Source: Dehalococcoidia bacterium
Lineage (GTDB): Bacteria; Chloroflexota; Dehalococcoidia; UBA2979
Assembly: GCA_965226785.1 (NCBI GenBank)
Contig: CBDDEC010000003.1
Location: 387,205-451,204, forward strand
DNA: 64,000 nt
Reading direction: 5' to 3'
Position numbers and translations under genes: made by a program. Every line of letters starts with the position of its first letter. Within the stretch, counting starts at the first letter, position 1. Shown here one piece after another: positions 63,764 to 64,000 of this stretch. Below the pieces are notes generated by a model, which did no database searches, had not been told where the DNA came from, and saw only the letters and a program-made list of their open reading frames with translations.

Positions 63764-64000
63764 GTGACCTCGATCGGCGCGATCGTCTTCGACCTCTGGG
63801 GCACGCTCATGACCGAGCGACGCGATGTCTTCCGCGAGCGCGCGCGCCTGCGCTTCGATGGCGTGCGCCCCGTCCTCGACCGGTACGACATCGAAGTGGA
63901 CCTCGAGACGTTTACGCGCACGCACCTCGAGTCGAACCGCATCATCGGCGAAATGCAGAACGCCGGGCGCGACATCACCGCCGAAGAGCGCGCGCGCCAC
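63764..64000 (+). CDS. HAD-superfamily hydrolase, 5' part (runs off the window end)
   Basis: GTG start with an AAGGAG RBS. IGAIVFDLWGTLM is HAD motif I (DxDGT variant). Confidence 0.5.
   Translation, partial: MTSIGAIVFDLWGTLMTERRDVFRERARLRFDGVRPVLDRYDIEVDLETFTRTHLESNRIIGEMQNAGRDITAEERARH

Overview
This 64 kb window is very GC-rich (third codon positions almost all G/C), gene-dense chromosomal DNA, and nearly all of it is housekeeping. I found no rRNA, tRNA, CRISPR array, transposase or integrase. Coordinates for the small motifs I placed by hand may be off by about 1 nt.

Genes in window order:
- MoxR-like AAA+ ATPase (partial) and an M23 peptidase.
- A Firmicute-style heat-shock operon on the minus strand, hrcA-grpE-dnaK-[PTP-PTP]-dnaJ-prmA-rsmE, with a recognisable CIRCE operator and a sigma-A-like promoter upstream of hrcA.
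- An ECF sigma factor, fabH, and a FabF-like ketosynthase whose active-site Cys appears replaced by Ser.
- DUF1059, an MBL-fold hydrolase, a LysM-M23 peptidase, rho, transaldolase, pyrG.
- A radical-SAM SplB-like protein, a GyrI-like protein, an AOR-family oxidoreductase, an M16 peptidase, an APH-like kinase, an alpha/beta hydrolase, a CitE/HpcH-like protein, an internally duplicated lipoprotein.
- purA, mug, dapB-asd-dapA, rpsO-pnp (the PNPase carries a roughly 125-aa Gly/Arg/Ser-rich C-terminal tail, longer if the flanking basic low-complexity stretch is counted), a DegV-like protein, a PAP2 phosphatase, pepA, EthD/VOC/NT5C-like small enzymes, coaBC-coaX.
- The replication-initiator locus dnaA, flanked by DnaA-box clusters but followed by obgE-nadD rather than dnaN.
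- A methyltransferase, two tandem beta-lactamase-fold paralogs, gyrB with a Lys-rich N-terminal extension, tsaA, a frameshifted EndoIII-like gene, small membrane peptides, ychF, an XdhC plus a stand-alone XdhC N-domain, an NHL-repeat membrane protein, tatA and a partial HAD hydrolase.

Most worth a second look:
- Two intact CX5R tyrosine-phosphatase paralogs sit inside the dnaK operon.
- The FabF-like ketosynthase next to fabH has Ser in place of the catalytic Cys.
- PNPase, GyrB and Rho all carry basic low-complexity extensions.
- The dnaA/oriC locus has an atypical gene order.
- An EndoIII-like gene is split by a 1-nt frameshift.

Lineage guess (inference only): a high-GC terrabacterial organism with Firmicute-like operon organisation, such as Chloroflexi/Thermomicrobia or a deep actinobacterial class.
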